Shown piece after piece: positions 55,915 to 64,000 of a DNA stretch of 64,000 bases (positions within the stretch are counted from its first letter, which is position 1; each line of letters starts with the position of its first letter). Source of the stretch: a virus (taxonomy: Duplodnaviria; Heunggongvirae; Uroviricota; Caudoviricetes); IMG/VR virus record IMGVR_UViG_3300000553_000006, positions 64,001 to 128,000 of that record; one strand, given 5' to 3'. Made by a program: the position numbers and the translations under genes. The notes beneath the pieces were generated by a model that saw nothing but the letters and a program-made list of their open reading frames with translations, was not told where the DNA came from and did not search any database.

Positions 55915-58900
55915 TTAAGATTTAATAAAGGTATTAGGTGACAGAACTGTTACCTTAGAATTGATCACTGTGTTACTTGAAGTACTGTTAGAAGCAACAT
56001 TTCCAGAGATCAATGTCAAAGTATATGTGGCAACTGAAGTGTTGTCAGAATTATTTAGTGAGATCACCTTGTTTCCTGCAAGAGCATTTAGCTTTGCTTG
56101 TAGAGTTGCTAGATCACTTGCTGTTGTTGCAACTGAAGAGATATTAGCTTCAAGAGCAAGATCAGGTGCAAAGTAGAAGTCGAATTGTAGCTTACCAGAA
56201 GCATCTGATACCATGTTATTTGTGTGGTTTCCAGAAGTCCAAAGTGGAGTTAGACCAGCAGCGAAAGAAGCTCCAGGAGCATAGAAGATGCTGTTCAAAG
56301 TTGGAAGCAACGCAGAAGCTACATAAGCACCATTTGAGATACAGTATTGAGTAGAATCAATACTATCGAAATAGAATGTGTGCTTAGTTCCAGGCTTCAA
56401 TCCAGTAGCAACAACGCTGATCTTATTAGCAGCTGACAAGTAAGTAGTAGGAACTCGTCTATGGTTTGTTCCCATCAATCCTCTTCCGTCAGATGTAGTT
56501 GCAAGAACTGAATCAAGACGAATTGAAGATGGCGTAGCAGTAATTGATCCGCCGTAATTTGCTGGTGGGATTGTGATAACAACCGCATTAGCTGAAATTA
56601 CAGCATTGCTTGAAGGATTAATTACAATGTTATTGCTTGTTGGATTGATAATAACGTTGTTGCTTGTGTTTGCAGTACCAATGATGTTTGTAGTACCATC
56701 GATTGGGTAGCAGAAACGATAAGCCCAAATACCTTCAAGTCCACCAGCTTCATCGCTTGTATAGATTTGATAGTATTGTCCAGCAGCAGGATTGTGAGTG
56801 AAGCTAATGATTTTTAGTTGTGAGTTAGAGATTGTTCCATTAGCTGTAGTTACAGAAGACAGATAATCCTTTAGTTGTGCAGTACTTAGAGCAACACCAT
56901 TGGCTTGATTCTTGATTGGTGACTTACCAGTGATAGAGAAGCCCTTGGTGTTTGCTTGATAGATTGAGAATAGTCTATCATTGTCTGTATCATTTGATCC
57001 ATACACGAATGTAATTGTGTTTGCAGTAACGCTGGCAGTATATTCAGCTTGCACACCTGAATTGTTTCCAGTTACGAAGGCGCACACGATGCTTTGTGAA
57101 CTTACGTTTACTACAACGTTGTTTGATACAACTACAACTGGTCCGTCAGTTGCTGAACTTTGATTGATCAGAGAGAATTCCTTGAATGGAAGATGCAGAG
57201 TCTTATCTCCTGAAACTACTGCTTCAGTAGTGTCATCTGAAAAGTCGTAATTGAACTCAAAGTTTCTAGTAGACTTTCTTGGAACAACTTCATTATTTTC
57301 GATTGTAGCAGAATATTCTGGGCTAGATGTGTCAGTATAATTTGTAGTAGAGAAATCGTCTGCGAAGAATCCATACTTGAATCGGTCGATAGAAGCATTA
57401 ATACTTGATGGAATTGCAAGGTGTTGAACTTCTTGTTCAAGCTGACTTAGGCTGAATGCTTGTTCAATGTTTGTCAATCTTCTATCAAGATTTGCAATGT
57501 CTTCCATTGAGTAACGAGCTGGTTGCTCAATTACGATCTCAGTGTCAGGAATTACTGGAATTGCGATAGCATGATCAGCGTCGCGTTGTACAGTGAACTT
57601 TTGGTTTGCAATCTTCTTGTCCAGAATTGTTACGAGGTTAGAAGCCTTTTGATCTGGAATAGAAGGATATGGTGGAATGTAAAGTAGGTTGATTGTCATA
57701 GTATCTGCTGGTTCGTCTGGAGCTTGCAGATTGTCTAGACCTGGAGTACCTTCGATCACGCGAATGTTAGCATTAGTATCGATTACAATACGGTCGACGC
57801 GACCCATGTATTGAGTAATGTCAGCAGTGAATGTAGAATCGATTGATGGTTGCTTAATTGGAGTTCCAGTATAAGAGAACTTCGCAGTAGCATTTACCTC
57901 TGGTGGGTTTGTTGTAAGATTAGTTGTGTTTGTAGTGATGTTTGCAGTTACTTGCACACGAGGACGGAAATCAATTGCGTTGATCAGGTCAAGGTATTGT
58001 CCCTTGCTTGAATAGATTTCTGAGATTTCGTGAATGCTGATTGTGTTGCTTGATGCAAGATTAGCTACAGTGTAAGCATCAGCTGAAGTGTTTACACTGT
58101 ATGAGCTAATTGTTACAAGACCTGGATTTGATTGTGTATAGTGATCGAATACTGCAAGCAATCCTTGAGTATTTGATAGAGTAAGATTAGAATTTGGCTT
58201 TAGATACAGATATGATAAGTCGTGATAATCGAAGTTTTGATTGTGGTCAATGTAGAATTGATTTGTTACATCTACTGAGTTGGTGTTTACTGTAGAAGTA
58301 TTTCCAAGGTAAACAGCCTTTAGACGGAATACGTCTGGGTGTCCAACAGACCAAGGTCCAGTTGTACCACGAATGTGCGTTGACAGATCGAGCTTAACCA
58401 TTGTATTTCGGTTAGCTGTTTTTGTTTGAGTAGTGTTTGTGTTTTGAATCTTTACATTGTGATTTACAATGACAAGAGCATTTGAGGTAAACACATTACC
58501 AAGAGAAACAGTTAGAATCTTACCTGTACTGTCAAGATTTGCATTTCTGTTAGGACGAATTCCATCCATTGGAATTGGAACAGAGGCTGGAAGAACTTGA
58601 ACAACGTTAGCGCCTGTTTTTGTAGAAGATAGGTTGGAATAAAGAGTAAGGTAAGTCGAGTTTACAACAGAAATAATTCTTCTTTTATCAACCACACCAC
58701 CATTTTGATATACCAGAACGACGTCGCCTTGATACAATCCTGCAGTACTTGGCACAACAAGAGTAGTATTGCTGAATGTATTGGCATTGTTTGTAGCAAT
58801 ATTAGTAGAGAAGATCAAATCTGAGTTTGGTACAAGGTGAAGCGTGTTTACTTGATCAGAAGTAAGAACAGCGCCGTTTGTATATGGATGATATTCGTTT

Positions 58901-61020
58901 GATCCAAGATTGCTGATTGTAATTGTACCAGCTGAATTGTTAGCAGCAATTCTTTGTGTGTTGCGATAGTAGTAGGTGTGATTAGCAGTAGAGCTCGTAG
59001 CGTTAGCTGGAGCTGGGAATACCATTCTTGAATTGTTTGTGTTTGCAAGATATGCAATGTTAGAAGCAGTTGAAGCATCGTACGTTAGAAGTACGTCTGC
59101 AATACCCTTTGAGTTTAGAGTAGCGTTGTTGCCATAGATACTCTTTGTGCTACGGAAGTTGTATCCGTTGGCAATATTAATATCATACAGATAGTATCTG
59201 TAAACAGCGTCTGGAGTACCAGCGATACCAGATAGAAGCTTACCGTTACGAATGCGAGCAGTACCAATTTGAGTAGCGCCTGATGCTGGGTCAAGATTGG
59301 CTGATGTTGCGTTTGCATATCCGGTAAGTGGAGATGTATAAAATTGCTTTGCAGTATCGTATAGGTAAACAAGAGGTCCAGTTGTAGCTTCGAAAGAACC
59401 ACCAAGTTCTTTGGTGTCTACATAGTTTCCGTAGTTCATGCTGATGGTTGCAGCATTTGAAGTTACTGTATCAATACCCTTACGAACTTTTAGAGAGTAA
59501 TTTGTGTAAGTCTTTACACGCTTACCGTTGATGTAAGCGTGTCCTGGGTCGATAGTAACACGGAAGTATCCAGGAGCGTCGTTAGCTACTTGAGCAGTCT
59601 TTGTTGAAAGTAGGAATGGATCAAGCACGAAGTTACCGCTAGACTCGAATAGACGACGAGACATTTCATCGTCTAGAGTGCTGTATGCAGTTTTTTGATT
59701 TTGCTTGTATGGTAGACCTAGAGAGAACTCGGTAAGCGGGAAGAACTCTGAATTAGAATCAGCATCTGCTTTCGTTAATACAACAAGATATGGAGTAAGC
59801 TTTAGACGGTCAGCGCCTGGGGCAAACTCGTTGGTTGTTCCTGTGGCGTTGTCGAATAGAGATGGATCAATGTCTGCATTGATAAGAGCTTCAGCTGTAT
59901 TAAATCCAACTGACTTGTCGTCTGGAGCATTTGAGTAAGGCTCAACAACGATAGTTTGTGGAGCTACCTTTAGGAAGTATCCCTTTTGATAGATGACACC
60001 TTCTGATACACCAAATGCGTATGCGCTACCAACTGCATTAGCAACAGTAGAAACAGTTACTTGAGCAATGTAGTTTTGTGGTTGTAGGTTCAGACTGTTA
60101 AGATCAGCTGATGGATTTACAGGCGCAATAGTAACGTAAGGATTTACAACATAATCATAACCATTGTTTGTGATGATTACTTGTTGCACGATACCTTGTG
60201 AGTCGGTAAGAATGTTACCAACTGCTGCAGAGCCGATGATTTGAGTTACGTTAGCAACAGAACCAGTTGTGTTGCTGGTGATGTTGTATCCAGTATTGAA
60301 TGCGTAACCAGCAGAGTTACCGCTAGTAAGGTCTGAGGTAACTGGCTTAAGCTTTAGAACAAGGCTGTTCGCAATAGCAGTTGTGTTTACTTCGATGATT
60401 TGAGCTTTGGCGTTTGTAGTAGATTGAGTTACAAGCTCGCCGTTTGTGAATGTGTTTGAAGAAGATACGCTAACAACCATAGCACTCAAAAATACTAGAG
60501 TGTCAGTGTTAGAGAAAGTCTTACCGCCGTTGATGATGTTTACTTGCTGAATTGGGTTGTTGATATCAAATACAGTAAGAATGTCTGAAGCGTTGAACGC
60601 TGTTTGTGCGTTATCGTTACCAGAGTTGATGTAACGAAGATATACTGTGTTTAGGTTTGGGTCTTGAGATTGGAAACCAGTTGATCCATCAAGAATGAAC
60701 GCTGTTAGATTAGCAGTATTACGGACGTAATGACCGATGTAAGCAGGAACGACAGTTGGTTCACCGTCTACTTGGGCGTCGTTGATCTTAGCGTAAGGAT
60801 AGTTGTTGTAGTATGAGAAGTTACATCCTTCAACGATAGTTCCGCGTTGAAGGATGTTGTCGCCAAAGCGTTCGATTTGGTTTTGAAGAATTGTTTGAAG
60901 CTGATTTAGTTCTCGTGTTTGAACACCAACCCCAGGCTTAAAGAGGATCTTGTGGTAGTTCTTAGTTTCATCGAAGTCGTCAAAATATGGGCTACCACTT
61001 AAATCAGTCTTGATTGGCAT
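55915..61020 (-). CDS. Large baseplate/virion structural protein (DUF4815-like, 1701 aa)
   Basis: PYFDDFD..KNYHKILFKPG..VQTRELNQLQTILQNQIERFG; APGADRL; RYSMEDI..L..R; RFKYGFFADDF. Confidence 0.85.
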   Translation of the reverse strand: MPIKTDLSGSPYFDDFDETKNYHKILFKPGVGVQTRELNQLQTILQNQIERFGDNILQRGTIVEGCNFSYYNNYPYAKINDAQVDGEPTVVPAYIGHYVRNTANLTAFILDGSTGFQSQDPNLNTVYLRYINSGNDNAQTAFNASDILTVFDINNPIQQVNIINGGKTFSNTDTLVFLSAMVVSVSSSNTFTNGELVTQSTTNAKAQIIEVNTTAIANSLVLKLKPVTSDLTSGNSAGYAFNTGYNITSNTTGSVANVTQIIGSAAVGNILTDSQGIVQQVIITNNGYDYVVNPYVTIAPVNPSADLNSLNLQPQNYIAQVTVSTVANAVGSAYAFGVSEGVIYQKGYFLKVAPQTIVVEPYSNAPDDKSVGFNTAEALINADIDPSLFDNATGTTNEFAPGADRLKLTPYLVVLTKADADSNSEFFPLTEFSLGLPYKQNQKTAYSTLDDEMSRRLFESSGNFVLDPFLLSTKTAQVANDAPGYFRVTIDPGHAYINGKRVKTYTNYSLKVRKGIDTVTSNAATISMNYGNYVDTKELGGSFEATTGPLVYLYDTAKQFYTSPLTGYANATSANLDPASGATQIGTARIRNGKLLSGIAGTPDAVYRYYLYDINIANGYNFRSTKSIYGNNATLNSKGIADVLLTYDASTASNIAYLANTNNSRMVFPAPANATSSTANHTYYYRNTQRIAANNSAGTITISNLGSNEYHPYTNGAVLTSDQVNTLHLVPNSDLIFSTNIATNNANTFSNTTLVVPSTAGLYQGDVVLVYQNGGVVDKRRIISVVNSTYLTLYSNLSSTKTGANVVQVLPASVPIPMDGIRPNRNANLDSTGKILTVSLGNVFTSNALVIVNHNVKIQNTNTTQTKTANRNTMVKLDLSTHIRGTTGPWSVGHPDVFRLKAVYLGNTSTVNTNSVDVTNQFYIDHNQNFDYHDLSYLYLKPNSNLTLSNTQGLLAVFDHYTQSNPGLVTISSYSVNTSADAYTVANLASSNTISIHEISEIYSSKGQYLDLINAIDFRPRVQVTANITTNTTNLTTNPPEVNATAKFSYTGTPIKQPSIDSTFTADITQYMGRVDRIVIDTNANIRVIEGTPGLDNLQAPDEPADTMTINLLYIPPYPSIPDQKASNLVTILDKKIANQKFTVQRDADHAIAIPVIPDTEIVIEQPARYSMEDIANLDRRLTNIEQAFSLSQLEQEVQHLAIPSSINASIDRFKYGFFADDFSTTNYTDTSSPEYSATIENNEVVPRKSTRNFEFNYDFSDDTTEAVVSGDKTLHLPFKEFSLINQSSATDGPVVVVSNNVVVNVSSQSIVCAFVTGNNSGVQAEYTASVTANTITFVYGSNDTDNDRLFSIYQANTKGFSITGKSPIKNQANGVALSTAQLKDYLSSVTTANGTISNSQLKIISFTHNPAAGQYYQIYTSDEAGGLEGIWAYRFCYPIDGTTNIIGTANTSNNVIINPTSNNIVINPSSNAVISANAVVITIPPANYGGSITATPSSIRLDSVLATTSDGRGLMGTNHRRVPTTYLSAANKISVVATGLKPGTKHTFYFDSIDSTQYCISNGAYVASALLPTLNSIFYAPGASFAAGLTPLWTSGNHTNNMVSDASGKLQFDFYFAPDLALEANISSVATTASDLATLQAKLNALAGNKVISLNNSDNTSVATYTLTLISGNVASNSTSSNTVINSKVTVLSPNTFIKS

Positions 61021-61031
61021 TACTATTCCTC

Positions 61032-62843
61032 TTAGAACGAAAGAATCAATTTCAGAGTTTCAGTCTTGTTGTTTGCTCTGGTAATCGGCTCGAAATTTTC
61101 AACATAGAGAATGTCACCTGTTCCAAAAATGATGTCTGGCTTTTTCTCATAGTTCGTATTATTTATGATAAAATTGGCAGAGCTTAGAGTTCCAACAATA
61201 GTATTTGATCCAGCGAATGTGCCGATTTTATTTGTTACAACAAGAGTGGTTGAATTTGAAGTAAGGTATAGAGCGTTAGCTTGTGTAGTATTTCCAACGT
61301 AGACTGGCTCGTCTGCAGAGAACGTCAAATAGCTACCAACTCCTGTATACTTATATGTTTGGTCATAGGTAGAAAAGTCTTTTTGTATACCTGAGATGTA
61401 GATGTTTCCGTTAACATAGCAAGATGAATTGGACGTTTGGTCTGTAATAACACCGTAAGTTGTATTTCCTGCAACGAAATTTCCATACACATTAGTAAGG
61501 AAGATGGCTGTGGTATTTACTGAAGTAACATAACCAGATGCGTTTGTGTTTGCTTGAATTACTTGGTGTCCTGGAATGAAACCAGAAATTGAGTTAACTT
61601 GAAGAGCTACGTTTGAGAATAGTGGACTACGAATCAATCCAATAGTTCTGTAGCTGCTTGTTGCAAATACTGTGTTACCTTCAGTGTTTGCGAACTTTAC
61701 ACCGATAGAAACAGAAGTAGAGAATAGTTCTTCATCAGGATTACCGCCGTGTCCTTCTTTTGGACTGATGATTGGATTTAGATTAGCAGCATAAGCTGGG
61801 TTCAGACCAACGTAAGGTGAAGCATAGACATATGCTGTGGCAAACCCATATCCTTCACCACCTGGTGTGTTACCAATAATTTGAACACCTGTTACAGAAC
61901 TACCTGTAATAAGAGCACGAGCTTGTGCATTTACTGTTTGGTTTCCTTCACCTGTAATGACTACCTTTGGAGAAATTTCGTATGTGTCTCCTGGGCTTGG
62001 AAGAACACCAAGCTTTTCAGTGAGTTGCACAAACTTTCCATTAACATTTGAGTTTGACGTAACAATCTCAGCGAACTGACCTTTAGCCACTCCGTTTGTA
62101 ATGTACAGATAGCATCCTTGATATACTGTATCTACAGTAGAAGCATTAGCTGAAATTTGGTAAACAACTGTATTTCCGTTTACTTGAATTTCAGAAGTAG
62201 ATTGGAAAGATCCTGAAACGAAATTGATATAACCATTACCAGGATAGATTACCTCTACAACATCGATAGCGCCAGGAGTTGCGTTTCCAGCGACATTTGC
62301 GTTTGGTGTGATTGGGATGTAATCAGCTGTAGCGAAATTACTGAAATCGGAAGCATTAATGCTGTACATATACTTCCATTGATATCCATCAGAAGTTTGA
62401 TAAAAGTTATCTGATTCTGATGTGTCTGACTTAGTTGGTACAGAAGTAGAAGGCGAACCGTTGTTGTTATTCAAACATTTGAACACATCGTAGTTTGAAC
62501 CGTTTTGCACACCAACATAGAATTGTTTGGAAGAAAGTAGAGGATCCTTGTTGTTATATTTGTCATAGACTGTGTTAGATACCCAATCATATCTTTTGAT
62601 AGCCATTTTAATGTTTGATTGATTAAGTTGCTTTCCGAAGATCATATCTTGGTATAGATCAAACTCAAGGCTACTTACTGTGTCTACTGGCGCGCTTACG
62701 TTAGCGTCGCCGCCAGGGAATGTGTAATGTCTTGCTGCAAACATGTAATATGTTTGTTCATCAGGTTCAGCGAAAGACTCAGCGAAATACTGAGCTTGAT
62801 GCATCGCGAATAGTTCTGGAATCAATTGTGATGAAATAGACAT
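61032..62843 (-). CDS. 8: Baseplate wedge subunit (gp8-like)
   Basis: RYDWVSNTVYD.Y, VFKCLNNN.G.PST..PT, DGYQWKYMYSI, GHG.NP..EL, ILYVEN..PITR. Confidence 0.88.
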   Translation of the reverse strand: MSISSQLIPELFAMHQAQYFAESFAEPDEQTYYMFAARHYTFPGGDANVSAPVDTVSSLEFDLYQDMIFGKQLNQSNIKMAIKRYDWVSNTVYDKYNNKDPLLSSKQFYVGVQNGSNYDVFKCLNNNNGSPSTSVPTKSDTSESDNFYQTSDGYQWKYMYSINASDFSNFATADYIPITPNANVAGNATPGAIDVVEVIYPGNGYINFVSGSFQSTSEIQVNGNTVVYQISANASTVDTVYQGCYLYITNGVAKGQFAEIVTSNSNVNGKFVQLTEKLGVLPSPGDTYEISPKVVITGEGNQTVNAQARALITGSSVTGVQIIGNTPGGEGYGFATAYVYASPYVGLNPAYAANLNPIISPKEGHGGNPDEELFSTSVSIGVKFANTEGNTVFATSSYRTIGLIRSPLFSNVALQVNSISGFIPGHQVIQANTNASGYVTSVNTTAIFLTNVYGNFVAGNTTYGVITDQTSNSSCYVNGNIYISGIQKDFSTYDQTYKYTGVGSYLTFSADEPVYVGNTTQANALYLTSNSTTLVVTNKIGTFAGSNTIVGTLSSANFIINNTNYEKKPDIIFGTGDILYVENFEPITRANNKTETLKLILSF

Positions 62844-62851
62844 TTAATACC

Positions 62852-64000
62852 TTATGCTTGTGTAATAGTTAATTTTGCAGAGACATTTTCCACATTAGCT
62901 TGAACAACTCTGAACACAGAACCAAATAGTTGAGTACCAGCAACGTGAACCACATTCTTTACCATGTCAGCATATTTATCAAAGTTTAGAGAAGATTGAA
63001 TTTCATATGAGAAGTCTTGATAGTAGTAACCGTCTTGAATATATTTATCCGCATCAAGGAAGCCGTTGGTATTCAAGAAGTAACCTTGTCCGATCCCTCG
63101 TTTTCCTGTAATAACTTGAGCAACACCAAAGTTTGGTGCGTTAGCTTCTGAGACGAAATTGACAGTTTCTGTGTTTACATAACCGAAGCCAGATCCCTTG
63201 AGCTTCAAAGCTGTTACCGAACCTGTGGCTGATTGTACATAATCGTTTACTGTGGCGTTTTCCGCAGAGATAACAGAATTAGAATACTCAGTAACACCAA
63301 CACAGTTTACGTTTACGCCAGAAGAAGACCCATATAGATTTGCACCAGTCACAAAATCTTGAGAGATTGATTGTCGGCGAACAATTACTGTGTTACCTGT
63401 TTGTGCAAGAACAAGTCCAACTGCAGTTACATTGTATGTAGAGTTGTTTACTGCGCTTATGTATGTATTTGATGGTAGAGACAAGAATGTTGCAGTAAAT
63501 GTTCCGCCAGTTCCGTTAGAAGCTGCGCCATTGGCTGCATAGATGCTAACAAGAACGTTGGTTCCATTTGAAGACATTGGGAACACACCACCATTGCTTA
63601 CTGTTACGTTAGCTGTAACGAAACCACCAGTAGCATTTGTTGAGATGTTGGCGTGAGCATTTACTGTACCGTTTGACACAACAATGTAATCGCTGTTGTT
63701 GTATCCAACTCTTGCAGTTCCACCTACTGTAATTCCATTCACATATTGTACGTTTGATCCATAAAGCAGAGTAGAGCTGTTTGATGTTGTAAACGCTCCA
63801 ACTACTGTTTGTACAACAATATTGTTTGAAGTTAGAGCGATCACTTTACCAACAGCGATATTTGCAGATCCGTTACTTTCATAAGCAAGTGTGTTGTATG
63901 AAAAGCCAGTAGATCCATTTACAGTAAGAGTAGTTGCGCTTGTGTATGGTACGTTTTGAGTAATAGTTTCGCCGATAACAAATTGCTTAGAAGCGTCAGG
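62852..64000 (-). CDS. Baseplate wedge protein (gp7-like), C-terminal part; 5' end lies outside the window
   Basis: IQDGYYYQDFSYEI.S......Y...VKNVVHVAG..LFG; frame stays open to position 64000. Confidence 0.8.
   Translation of the reverse strand, partial: PDASKQFVIGETITQNVPYTSATTLTVNGSTGFSYNTLAYESNGSANIAVGKVIALTSNNIVVQTVVGAFTTSNSSTLLYGSNVQYVNGITVGGTARVGYNNSDYIVVSNGTVNAHANISTNATGGFVTANVTVSNGGVFPMSSNGTNVLVSIYAANGAASNGTGGTFTATFLSLPSNTYISAVNNSTYNVTAVGLVLAQTGNTVIVRRQSISQDFVTGANLYGSSSGVNVNCVGVTEYSNSVISAENATVNDYVQSATGSVTALKLKGSGFGYVNTETVNFVSEANAPNFGVAQVITGKRGIGQGYFLNTNGFLDADKYIQDGYYYQDFSYEIQSSLNFDKYADMVKNVVHVAGTQLFGSVFRVVQANVENVSAKLTITQA

Noticed and set aside
43-61000. Numerous plus-strand ORFs of 60-175 aa in the track (for example 1046..1417, 17995..18513, 37607..38020, 51443..51967)
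   Set aside because: They lie antisense to well-supported minus-strand genes, lack Shine-Dalgarno sites or motifs, and are explained by the codon bias of the opposite strand.
1-64000. Stop-codon reassignment
   Set aside because: Core genes are full length in the standard code, and TAG, TGA and TAA all terminate genes at the expected ends.

Overview
This is a 64 kb segment of a large T4-like myovirus genome, read in the standard genetic code and almost entirely on the minus strand. From left to right it holds: (i) a probable late operon of basic proteins and a HAD phosphatase; (ii) an accessory and tRNA region with a DenV-like glycosylase, a Zn deaminase, 3 tRNAs, one aberrant tRNA-like RNA, GroES, a YkuK RNase H-like protein and a metallopeptidase; (iii) the replication/recombination module (gp41, uvsX, gp43, regA, gp62/44/45, gp46/47, gp55, uvsW, uvsY) with a GH19 endolysin, a cytidylyltransferase, def, MazG-like and SLOG genes; (iv) head, neck, tail, fibre and baseplate genes (gp3, 23, 22, 21, 67-like, 20, 19, 18, 17, 16, 15, 14, 13, long fibre, adhesin, DUF4815-like, gp8, partial gp7). 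Six homing-endonuclease-like genes are interspersed. The main highlight is a translationally coupled TET/JBP oxygenase plus GREB1/TAGT-like glycosyltransferase beside the clamp gene. Both proteins end in the same clamp-binding-like peptide as the DNA polymerase, which suggests a clamp-tethered DNA hypermodification system. Other highlights: antisense endonuclease cassettes with a covarying RNA leader hairpin and back-to-back late promoters, non-canonical tRNAs, a HAD enzyme with a T4-like capsid-targeting sequence, and N-x-S/T enrichment in the fibre. All family assignments come from motif recognition by eye; no database searches were run.
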